This document shows positions 49,596 through 57,687 of a stretch of 64,000 nt of DNA, piece by piece. Below the pieces are notes generated by a model. The model saw only the letters and a list, made by a program, of their open reading frames with translations. It ran no database searches and was not told the DNA's origin. Each line of letters begins with the position of its first letter. The stretch's first letter is position 1. The position numbers and the translations under genes were made by a program. Source of the stretch: a virus; the IMG/VR virus record IMGVR_UViG_3300032288_004617, positions 19,541 to 83,540 of that record; one strand, written 5' to 3'.

Positions 49596-50258
49596 TTATA
49601 ATTTAATTATTCTAAATCTTACAGTTACAGTTTTAAACACTCTTTCTGTAACCTTATATTCTATGTTTAATGTTTTCTCATTTAATCCTTGTCTAAATCC
49701 AATTGTAGATATAGTGACATCTAATTTATTTTCACTTTTATTAATTGGCGTAATAACATCAACATGTGTACAACCACATCCAACAGTTGTTTTATTAATT
49801 TTCTGAGGTTTCTTTGAAAGAATATTAAAAGAAAGTTTAACTGTATTCTGATCAGTCACTCCTAAATCGTATAAAAATTCTTTATTAGTATTTTTTACTT
49901 TATGATCTGAAGAAGTTTGAATTATTGTATATTCTCCTGAACTATCACTAACTTCAAGTGCTTCCCATAAAGGTGTCAACCCTATTTCAATTCTTCCACA
50001 TGTTTCTGTTTTAGATGCACTCTTTTGTCTTATACAACAACCACATGCTGTGCAATGAGGGCCATCTCCACATAATCCTGTCTTAATTTTTAATTTATCA
50101 GTGAATGATAATTTCTCTGATGGTATATTATCTGAATTATATTCACATGGTGAACACTTACTAACCCTATCTTGATACCACTCTTGATCAATAGGCAATT
50201 CATTTAAGAAAGCTTTTGCAATAACTGCCCCTTTTTTAAGTATGTTTTTCATTTCCAT
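49596..50258 (-). CDS. Cys-rich Zn-finger-like domain fused to a DUF1573-like Ig domain
   Basis: R..KCSPC...CTACGC....K....TC, then VGCGCT...KTLNI. Confidence 0.6.
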   Translation of the reverse strand: MEMKNILKKGAVIAKAFLNELPIDQEWYQDRVSKCSPCEYNSDNIPSEKLSFTDKLKIKTGLCGDGPHCTACGCCIRQKSASKTETCGRIEIGLTPLWEALEVSDSSGEYTIIQTSSDHKVKNTNKEFLYDLGVTDQNTVKLSFNILSKKPQKINKTTVGCGCTHVDVITPINKSENKLDVTISTIGFRQGLNEKTLNIEYKVTERVFKTVTVRFRIIKL

Positions 50259-50665
50259 TTTGTGTTTTGATAATTTTCAATTTCCTCCGTACTCATTCTT
50301 CCAACATAACTATAATCTGATATAACTGACTTTTTTGCATGTCTTCTTTCACACTTTGTAACCATAAGTTTTGTCAATTCATTCTGCCTTTTTAATGAAA
50401 ACAATTGTCCTTTTTTTATGTACAACTCTTTACTTTTAATGTAAACTTCTTTATATCTGAATGCCTTTAGAAAACCTATCTTAAGGTACATGTAGCCTAT
50501 GTAAGGTAGTTTTATTGAAAGTACTAAAGGATCCTTCATAACTGAATGAATATATTTTGTCATGAAATTTAAAATATACTCAACTTGTTTTTCAGTAGCT
50601 CCTGTACTAGCTGCTACCTTTATAATTATGTCCTTGTTAGTAGATATTTCTTTACCATTATCCAT
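50249..50665 (-). CDS. HU/IHF-like DNA-binding protein
   Basis: NKDIIIKVAASTGATEKQVEYIL...IKLPYIG matches the HU N-terminal helices. Confidence 0.65.
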   Translation of the reverse strand: MDNGKEISTNKDIIIKVAASTGATEKQVEYILNFMTKYIHSVMKDPLVLSIKLPYIGYMYLKIGFLKAFRYKEVYIKSKELYIKKGQLFSLKRQNELTKLMVTKCERRHAKKSVISDYSYVGRMSTEEIENYQNTKWK

Positions 50666-51054
50666 TAACCTGCCACTAGTGAAAACATAACTCTTGTAAA
50701 ATCTCCGTTATTTGCTTGATAATAATCAGAAAGACTTTGTAATTCAGGATTTAAAAAAGATACTCTTGTATTCATATCAGACTTTATTAAGAATCCACCT
50801 TCTCTTAACTCGGAATTCAAGCAATTTAAATTCTCTTTCTCTAAACCTAATAATTTACAAGCATAGTTTTTTGTCTCCTTGCTGTATCCTTTTTTTATAT
50901 AAATGCTAAGCAATGTAACTAACTTAGCTCTTAGCATCTTTGTCTTATCACCTGTAATTGTCTTATAACATGAATATACTGTTATCAAGTTCTTCAGAAC
51001 TTCAAATTCATTTTTCGACTTAATTTCTAATTGGTAAATATTCATATGTAGCAT
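50665..51054 (-). CDS. Winged-helix (RepL-like) DNA-binding protein
   Basis: ACKLLGLEKENLNCLNSELREGGFLIK...FLNPEL. Confidence 0.5.
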   Translation of the reverse strand: MLHMNIYQLEIKSKNEFEVLKNLITVYSCYKTITGDKTKMLRAKLVTLLSIYIKKGYSKETKNYACKLLGLEKENLNCLNSELREGGFLIKSDMNTRVSFLNPELQSLSDYYQANNGDFTRVMFSLVAG

Positions 51055-51069
51055 TCAATAATTATGGGG

Positions 51070-51100
51070 CGAATATAACACTATTTTGTTAGAAAACAAA
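51070..51100 (-). promoter_or_regulatory. Leftward promoter at the strand switch
   Basis: TTTG-N19-TATATTCG. Confidence 0.55.
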
Positions 51101-51138
51101 CAACTTATACCATATTTAACATATTTTAACACAATTGA

Positions 51139-51170
51139 ATTGTTTTTTTAACATCCAAAATGTATATTTG
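51139..51170 (+). promoter_or_regulatory. Rightward promoter at the strand switch
   Basis: ATTG-N20-TATATTTG, then 4 nt to ATG 51175. Confidence 0.65.
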
Positions 51171-51174
51171 TATT

Positions 51175-51387
51175 ATGATATTTGAAGACTACTTTTACGA
51201 AGTTTGGAATGAAATGCCGGACTCTATAATAACAGAGGAATACTACAATAAGAATGAAGCTTTATTTGAAGCTATTACTTATGACTTCTTTCATTATAAC
51301 GAACAGACAAATGGTTTGCCATCATATTTGGCTAGATTTGTTATTCAACAGATTGTAAATAATTCTTTAATTTTAGGAATTAGATAA
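51175..51387 (+). CDS. Hypothetical acidic protein
   Basis: Start moved to ATG 51175, downstream of the promoter. Confidence 0.55.
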   Translation: MIFEDYFYEVWNEMPDSIITEEYYNKNEALFEAITYDFFHYNEQTNGLPSYLARFVIQQIVNNSLILGIR

Positions 51388-51478
51388 TCTTTTTTTTGAT
51401 ATTCTATGATTTTTTTGTATTTTTACAGAATGTATGCTTATGCGTATAAAATAAAAACCGATGTAATTTCATAAAAAT

Positions 51479-52864
51479 ATGAAGAATAGAGTTCCAAGCA
51501 AATATGTGTATAAACTATACACAATCCCCGAAAAACTAAATAATGATATCCTGGCACTAGATCTATGCTCAACTCAATATGAAAGAGTTGTTAGGTTTAT
51601 TGGTGTCCTAAAAAAGAAATCATATCAGCAAAATAGAGATTTTTGTCTTCCTGTAACTCTTCCAAGAGATTACTTAACTACATTTTTAACAACTAGCTAT
51701 TACAAATTGACAAATATGCTTGTTGAAAATGGAATTATAGAAAGAGATGATTACTGGAATCAAAAAAAGTCAATTTGCAAAAAATACAATATTTCCCCAA
51801 AATACTTCCAAAGAGATATATATTCTATAGATAATAATAGTATAGAAAGTATAGAAGAAAATAAAGGTATAAAAACAGTAAGTCTATCATTTAAATGCAT
51901 TTTTAAGAAAGAGGACGTTGAAACTGAGCGAGTTATAGACTCTGCTAAAAAACAGTTAAACAGTCTAAAAATTGACGAAAAAAGATTGAAAAATGTCTCT
52001 GAAGAATTGGTTGAAAATATATCTGAAAATGACTTTATTTTGAACTCTGCTATCACTGAACCACAGTTTGAAGTTAAGATGATGGTTAACTCTGAATTTA
52101 AAACAAGGTGGGTGAATTTAAAAGATGCTCTAGAACTTGCTAGAGTTAACAATAAAGATCTGATACAAGATAGAAAGTGTTTCTTTATCATGGATATATC
52201 TGAATTTATCCTTAGAAAAAAGGACATGGTAAGAATTTACCATAATGAGTCAATTGATCGTTTGTCTAAAAAGTATTGGACTGTTTCTAGAAATAGTACA
52301 AATAACAGGTTGGACACTAACTTAACAAACCTTCCAACTGGATTGGTTAAAGCTATAATGGAGGACAATGATCTGGTTCAAGTTGATTTAAGTAATTCTC
52401 AGTTTGCTATCTTAGCTAACATTCTTCCGGAAAACTTGACACACCCAAGTACAGTGGAGTTCAAGGAAAGTGCTTCTAGTGGCAAGTTTTACGAGTCTGT
52501 ACAAAATAAGTTAAATCTTGATACTAGAAATACAGCTAAACAAACGACATTTGAATTATTATTCTCTTCCCATAAAAATAAATCTAAAAATTTATCTAAA
52601 ATGAGAGATGCCTATCCTGAATTATTAGAGTATATCGACAATTATAAAATTGAGAATGGGCATAAGAATTTCTCAATATCTCTTCAAAAGGAGGAGTCTA
52701 GGATATTTATTGACGGAATACTAAAAAGATTATCAGATTTGAAAATACCATGCCTATCAAAGCATGATTCAATTATATGTAAAAGAGAGGATTTCACAGA
52801 AGTATTGGAAGTTATGAATCTTATTTTTGATAGTAACAATTTTAAAGGAAACCTTGTGTATTAA
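51479..52864 (+). CDS. Minimal family-A polymerase-like protein (TV-Pol-like) with N-terminal winged helix
   Basis: NNRLDTNLTNLP, motif A VDLSNSQF, motif B RNTAKQTTFELLF, LQKEES, motif C KHDSI; no exonuclease domain. Confidence 0.75.
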   Translation: MKNRVPSKYVYKLYTIPEKLNNDILALDLCSTQYERVVRFIGVLKKKSYQQNRDFCLPVTLPRDYLTTFLTTSYYKLTNMLVENGIIERDDYWNQKKSICKKYNISPKYFQRDIYSIDNNSIESIEENKGIKTVSLSFKCIFKKEDVETERVIDSAKKQLNSLKIDEKRLKNVSEELVENISENDFILNSAITEPQFEVKMMVNSEFKTRWVNLKDALELARVNNKDLIQDRKCFFIMDISEFILRKKDMVRIYHNESIDRLSKKYWTVSRNSTNNRLDTNLTNLPTGLVKAIMEDNDLVQVDLSNSQFAILANILPENLTHPSTVEFKESASSGKFYESVQNKLNLDTRNTAKQTTFELLFSSHKNKSKNLSKMRDAYPELLEYIDNYKIENGHKNFSISLQKEESRIFIDGILKRLSDLKIPCLSKHDSIICKREDFTEVLEVMNLIFDSNNFKGNLVY

Positions 52865-52884
52865 ATATCTTTTTACTATATTTA
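52853..52884 (+). promoter_or_regulatory. Putative promoter
   Basis: CTTG-N20-TATATTTA. Confidence 0.5.
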
Positions 52885-52900
52885 CATAAAAATAAATTAC

Positions 52901-53092
52901 ATGCAGAAAACAAAATTATACCCTATTAATTACATGGGTGTTGAATACACAGAGGAGTCAGTTAGTGATATTTTTGAATCCTTTTACCACTCAAAAAAGT
53001 CTGTTAGAAATGATGGAGGAATTTATATGTTTGACGGAATGGTGATCTATCCTGATGGATCTATGGTAGATGAAAGTGAAATAGATTATTAA
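52901..53092 (+). CDS. Hypothetical protein
   Basis: ORF with A-rich leader. Confidence 0.55.
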   Translation: MQKTKLYPINYMGVEYTEESVSDIFESFYHSKKSVRNDGGIYMFDGMVIYPDGSMVDESEIDY

Positions 53093-53102
53093 TTTGAATA
53101 TT

Positions 53103-54170
53103 ATGGCGAAGAAAGAAGGTAAAGAGTTAAGTGTCAATGAAATACTTGACGATTTAAATAAGGTATTAAAGACAAATGTTCAATTTGCTAATTCAGGAAA
53201 AGGGTTAGATATTGAAAGAGTTAGAACTGGAAGTATTACATTTGACTCTGCAACAGGTGGAGGATTTCCAAAGGGTAGACATACAATACTTTATGGACCT
53301 GAAAGTTCTGGAAAGACTACATCAGCACTTATGGCTATTGCTAATTTCCAAAAATCAGATGACAAAAGACTTGCGTTATTTATTGATGGAGAGTTTGCTT
53401 TTGATAAGAAATATGCTAAAGCATTAGGAATTGATTTGTCAAGACTTTTAGTTGTACAACCAGATCATACAAACCAAGCCCAAGATATTCTATTAGAATT
53501 ATTGAATAAAGATTTAATAGGTATTCAAGTTTTTGACAGTATTGCAGCTGTACAACCTATTTCAGTATTAGAGAATGATTCTGATGCATCTAATATGGGT
53601 AAGCATGCACTTGCTATAGGAAATATCTTTAAGACTTGTAATGGTCTTGTAAGTAAGAATAAAATATGTTCTATCTTCATTAATCAAATTAGAGATAAGA
53701 TTGGTGGCTATGGAGGAGGTATTAGTATGCCTGGAGGACATGCACCAAAGTTCTATGCTTCATTAATGGTACAAGTTAATAGAGGTTCAAAAATAGATAA
53801 TCCTGATGGGACAACTACAAATAGAGGATCAATCTATGTTACAAAAAATAAAACAGCACCTCCATACAAAAAAGGTGAATACGATATGGAACATGGGACA
53901 GGTATTTCAATATCTCAGGAAGTCTTAGATTATGGTATTTTAACAGGTGTTCTTTATAAAGGTGGAAATACTTTTTATTATGATGAGACATTTGAGAATA
54001 AGTCTGATAATAAAGAGTCGCATGTAAAAGTTGGATCTTCAAAAGCATTAGCTAAAGAATTCTTAAATCAGAATATTGAGTTTAGAGATCATTTATATGA
54101 AATTATTGTAAATCATGTAATATCTCAATTCAATGATGAAGATGTTGACTTAGAAGAACAAAGAGATTAA
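53103..54170 (+). CDS. recA: RecA-family recombinase
   Basis: GGFPKGR, Walker A GPESSGKTT, FIDGE, DSIAA, IFINQIR, PGGHAPKFYAS, KNKTAPP. Confidence 0.95.
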   Translation: MAKKEGKELSVNEILDDLNKVLKTNVQFANSGKGLDIERVRTGSITFDSATGGGFPKGRHTILYGPESSGKTTSALMAIANFQKSDDKRLALFIDGEFAFDKKYAKALGIDLSRLLVVQPDHTNQAQDILLELLNKDLIGIQVFDSIAAVQPISVLENDSDASNMGKHALAIGNIFKTCNGLVSKNKICSIFINQIRDKIGGYGGGISMPGGHAPKFYASLMVQVNRGSKIDNPDGTTTNRGSIYVTKNKTAPPYKKGEYDMEHGTGISISQEVLDYGILTGVLYKGGNTFYYDETFENKSDNKESHVKVGSSKALAKEFLNQNIEFRDHLYEIIVNHVISQFNDEDVDLEEQRD

Positions 54171-54175
54171 ATATT

Positions 54176-54201
54176 AGCCCCCCTTAATTGGGGGCTTTTT
54201 T
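54176..54201 (+). terminator. Rho-independent terminator
   Basis: AGCCCCC-CTTAATT-GGGGGCT followed by a T-run. Confidence 0.85.
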
Positions 54202-54211
54202 ATTTTAAACA

Positions 54212-54637
54212 ATGGCAAAGAAAAAAGTAGTAAGAAAATCAAGAGTAGAGAAACCTTTTAATCATGGCACGCAGAGTAAAGCTGCGTTCTTTGGATCTAT
54301 CAGGGCAGCATTAAGAAACTCTAGTAGATGGTGGAAACCTATTGCAGCATGTAAAGCTAATGCAAAAAGACCTTACAAAGGACCAAGTAAACTTCAGAAG
54401 TATGAGTACCAATGTAATATCTGTAAAGAATACTTTTCTGAAAAAGAAATAGCTATAGACCATATTGTAGAAGCTGGAAGTTTAAAGGATTATAACGACT
54501 TACCAGGATTTGTAGAAAGACTTTTCTGTGAGGTGGATGGGTTTCAGTGCTTATGCAACAAGAGAAAAGACGGAAAAGTAAGTTGTCATACTATTAAGAC
54601 TCAGGATTATATGAAAAAACAAAAAGAAAATAAATAA
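54212..54637 (+). CDS. HNH-family Zn endonuclease (possible junction resolvase)
   Basis: CNIC...IDHI...QCLC...CHTIKT. Confidence 0.75.
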   Translation: MAKKKVVRKSRVEKPFNHGTQSKAAFFGSIRAALRNSSRWWKPIAACKANAKRPYKGPSKLQKYEYQCNICKEYFSEKEIAIDHIVEAGSLKDYNDLPGFVERLFCEVDGFQCLCNKRKDGKVSCHTIKTQDYMKKQKENK

Positions 54638-54641
54638 TAAT

Positions 54642-54672
54642 TTTGCATTTAATCATAAAAGTCTTAATTTTA
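54642..54672 (+). promoter_or_regulatory. Putative promoter
   Basis: TTTG-N19-TAATTTTA. Confidence 0.45.
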
Positions 54673-54689
54673 TAAAAAAATAAAAACAC

Positions 54690-55145
54690 ATGTTAATACG
54701 ATTAAATTCAAATCCTCTTCCATTATTCCTAACAGAAGGAAAGTGTTATGAGGCAGTATCTGTTCTTATTGAGGATGACGAGATGTATTCTTATAAAATA
54801 CTTGCTGATCATGGATACCATTTATATGTTCCTGCAAGATACTTCACTGTAGTAGAGGAATCACCTATTGAAATAACTCAAGAAGATGGACCAAAGTTCG
54901 ATGATACTATATTAGATACATTAAATAATGGTGGATCAACTGATTACTATAAGCTGGATCCTGAATGGAGGGAAGCCTCAGATATTATAGAAGCTAGAAA
55001 TATGAATTACAATCAAGGAAATATATTCAAGGCTGCAATGACATTCAATATTGGAAGACACCAAGGGACAGATGAGCTAAGAGATCTTAACAAGATTATA
55101 TTCTTTGCAGAAAGACAAAAACAATTAATCCTAAAAAACAAATAA
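54690..55145 (+). CDS. DUF3310-like protein with an N-terminal extra domain
   Basis: GGSTDYY...DIIE...GNIFKA...RDLNKIIFF. Confidence 0.6.
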   Translation: MLIRLNSNPLPLFLTEGKCYEAVSVLIEDDEMYSYKILADHGYHLYVPARYFTVVEESPIEITQEDGPKFDDTILDTLNNGGSTDYYKLDPEWREASDIIEARNMNYNQGNIFKAAMTFNIGRHQGTDELRDLNKIIFFAERQKQLILKNK

Positions 55146-55146
55146 A

Positions 55147-55461
55147 ATGATTAAATTAACACAAGTGTTATTTCAGTTTTCAAAAACTTATGAGCAAAAG
55201 ATTAAAGATATATCAGAAATCTATCAAGAGGAAGTTAGACAAGCTGAGCTATCTAACGGTATCATACCACAACCACCAACTATTAAACCAAAGCCTGAAG
55301 ATTATGTTTCAACTTCTGTTCCTTTGTTTATAGAGAAAGAGTTGATTAAAGTTATTACCACTGATTTACTAGGTGCAACAATTATCTCAGATGGATTAGA
55401 TGTTCAGTATAATGTAGCTGAAACTCCAAGACAAGTTCATAATTTACTAAAAAGAAAATAA
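55147..55461 (+). CDS. Hypothetical protein
   Basis: Tightly packed ORF. Confidence 0.6.
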   Translation: MIKLTQVLFQFSKTYEQKIKDISEIYQEEVRQAELSNGIIPQPPTIKPKPEDYVSTSVPLFIEKELIKVITTDLLGATIISDGLDVQYNVAETPRQVHNLLKRK

Positions 55462-55466
55462 ACATT

Positions 55467-56129
55467 ATGTCAACAAAGCCTAACAAAGAGAAGAGGATTC
55501 TAAAAACAGAACCTAAGTTAAAGATTGAATTAAGTGATGAGCAGAAAGAAGTTGTTAAATTATTTCATGAGTTTGATGTAATCTTTATCAATGGAGACTT
55601 TGGGACAGGTAAAACGGCAACAGCTGTTCATATCGCTTTATCAGCATTTAGAAAGAAAATGTTTAATAAGATCTGGATTACTAGACCAATGCTGAAGAAT
55701 CAATTAGCAGCTCTTCCAGGTACATTAGAAGAGAAGTTACATCCATACATCTATCCAATCCTTCAGAACATGGAAATGTGTCAAGGAAAGGAGCTTACAG
55801 AGAAAATGAAAAAAGATGGTAATGTAGAAATCATTCCATTTGATGTAGCTAAAGGATTGACATTTTCAGATTCTGTAGTTATAGTTGATGAGTGGCAAGA
55901 TATAGATTATCAAGATTTCAGGACTATTTTAACAAGACTTGGAAAAGATAGTAAAATGATTTTCTGTGGTTCTAAAGAGCAAATTGATAGAACAATGTTA
56001 GATAAAACCTGCTACCACCGTGTGTCAAAATTAGAAAACAGTGGTATAGTTGGTTGGGCAGATTTAAAAGCTAATCATAGAAACGAGATATTAATGAAGA
56101 TTATAAATTATTTAGAGAAAAATGACTAA
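55467..56129 (+). CDS. phoH: PhoH-family ATPase
   Basis: GDFGTGKT, ITRP, LPGTLEEK, IVDEWQD, LTRLG, QID, NHR. Confidence 0.92.
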   Translation: MSTKPNKEKRILKTEPKLKIELSDEQKEVVKLFHEFDVIFINGDFGTGKTATAVHIALSAFRKKMFNKIWITRPMLKNQLAALPGTLEEKLHPYIYPILQNMEMCQGKELTEKMKKDGNVEIIPFDVAKGLTFSDSVVIVDEWQDIDYQDFRTILTRLGKDSKMIFCGSKEQIDRTMLDKTCYHRVSKLENSGIVGWADLKANHRNEILMKIINYLEKND

Positions 56130-56322
56130 AGAAAGATATAAAGAAATAAGAAATCTTCCTAACTTCCTTCATATATATTTTATGGAGGAAAGTGGGACTA
56201 GCATTGCTCCACAAGAATTTGATCAATTTTTTACAACTTGGTTATTTGTTATGATTGGAATGGATCCAAATCAAGGAGTGCAAAAAATAATTAATTTTTT
56301 AGATACAAAGTTTGCAAATTAA
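56122..56322 (+). CDS. Hypothetical protein
   Basis: Overlaps the phoH stop. Confidence 0.55.
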   Translation: MTKERYKEIRNLPNFLHIYFMEESGTSIAPQEFDQFFTTWLFVMIGMDPNQGVQKIINFLDTKFAN

Positions 56323-56341
56323 ATATTTCTTACTATATTTG
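56311..56341 (+). promoter_or_regulatory. Bacteroidota -33/-7 promoter
   Basis: TTTG-N19-TATATTTG. Confidence 0.75.
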
Positions 56342-56387
56342 CATATATAATTAATAACAGTAGTAACACACACAAAAAACAAAAAGC

Positions 56388-57101
56388 ATGAACTACAACA
56401 ATTTTAGCATTAGTGCAGGTAAAGGAAAACTTTTCTTAAAAGAGAAAACTCCAACAGAAGGTTATGAAGAAATAACTTATGGTGCAGAAAACAAAAAAAC
56501 TTACCACAAGTATTTTACAAGTATCAAAGGGACTCCAAAGTATTTCGATACAAAAGAGGTAAAATTTGATGGTAAGACATTACGTTTCTTAGAGTTGACA
56601 TTAATTGATGGTCAAGAGTCAAACAAAGTATCTGTACCTTTAAAAAACACAAAAGGTGGATATACTGATGAGACAAGAGCAATCATCTCTTCATTAAACT
56701 CCTTAAAATTAGGTGAAGAAGTTACACTTTCAGTGAAAACATCAACATCTATTGGTAAGAACGGAAAAGAATACAAAAACTTGAATGTGTATATTAATTA
56801 CACAAACATCCTTAATGACGAAGGTAAAGGTCAAAGTACTGGATTTATTCCTTATACAGAAATCCCTGGACCAGAATCAAAAACTATTGCAGGAGATCAA
56901 GTTTGGGATTGGACAGCACAAACAGAATTCTTCTACCATAAGTTAGAAGAGATTAAAGCTAAGTTCGCAACAGGTACTCCGGAAGCTTATGGATCATCTC
57001 AACCAACAGCTCCTGCTGCTGCTACTGTCGAAGAAACAGCTCCAATCTCTTTATCAAAAATAGAGGCAGTGACTATCGAAGACGATGAGCTTCCATTCTG
57101 A
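56388..57101 (+). CDS. Putative single-stranded DNA-binding protein
   Basis: Beta-rich core, Ala/Pro linker, acidic tail EDDELPF; has its own promoter and terminator. Confidence 0.75.
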   Translation: MNYNNFSISAGKGKLFLKEKTPTEGYEEITYGAENKKTYHKYFTSIKGTPKYFDTKEVKFDGKTLRFLELTLIDGQESNKVSVPLKNTKGGYTDETRAIISSLNSLKLGEEVTLSVKTSTSIGKNGKEYKNLNVYINYTNILNDEGKGQSTGFIPYTEIPGPESKTIAGDQVWDWTAQTEFFYHKLEEIKAKFATGTPEAYGSSQPTAPAAATVEETAPISLSKIEAVTIEDDELPF

Positions 57102-57143
57102 TTATCAGCTACTTAAATAAACTAAAACTACAACTATGAAAAT

Positions 57144-57171
57144 AATCCTCCATTTTTTGGGGGATTTTTTG
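57144..57171 (+). terminator. Rho-independent terminator
   Basis: AATCCTCCA-TTTTT-TGGGGGATT followed by a T-run. Confidence 0.75.
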
Positions 57172-57198
57172 TTTATTATATAAATAGTATTATATTTG
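57168..57198 (+). promoter_or_regulatory. Bacteroidota -33/-7 promoter
   Basis: TTTG-N19-TATATTTG. Confidence 0.7.
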
Positions 57199-57224
57199 TA
57201 AAAAATATTACTAAAAATAAAATT

Positions 57225-57512
57225 ATGGCAAATAGAAAACCCAATGCATCTTATACGTTTAAGCAAAATGTAACTTTGTTTAATTATGCAATTAAGTTTA
57301 TTAAGAGTGAGGTTCCAAATAACTGTACATTCTTATCATTAATCAAGAAACCAGATGGAGAGATTATGATTAAGGCATCTATTAAGAATAAAGCTACTAA
57401 TGTAAAAGATTCATTTTTATATACAATACCTCAAGACTTTTCCTTAACAGATTCTGACTTAGCTAGAATTAAAGAGTTAATTAATAATAAGTGTGTTGAA
57501 TATGGGAGCTAA
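57225..57512 (+). CDS. Hypothetical protein
   Basis: ORF behind a promoter. Confidence 0.55.
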   Translation: MANRKPNASYTFKQNVTLFNYAIKFIKSEVPNNCTFLSLIKKPDGEIMIKASIKNKATNVKDSFLYTIPQDFSLTDSDLARIKELINNKCVEYGS

Positions 57513-57687
57513 GGAAATGAAAGCCATCTACGAAGATTTATCATCTTCAGGTGACTTATTAGATATGTTTCCAACTTTAACAGGAAATTGGAAAGAAGAT
57601 AAAAGAGATTTTAAAGAATTGTATAATCAAGTTAGTAATTCTTTTGGTACAGATTTTAACATATATTTTGGAGATGAAGAATATTAA
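57502..57687 (+). CDS. Hypothetical protein
   Basis: ORF coupled to neighbours. Confidence 0.5.
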   Translation: MGAKEMKAIYEDLSSSGDLLDMFPTLTGNWKEDKRDFKELYNQVSNSFGTDFNIYFGDEEY

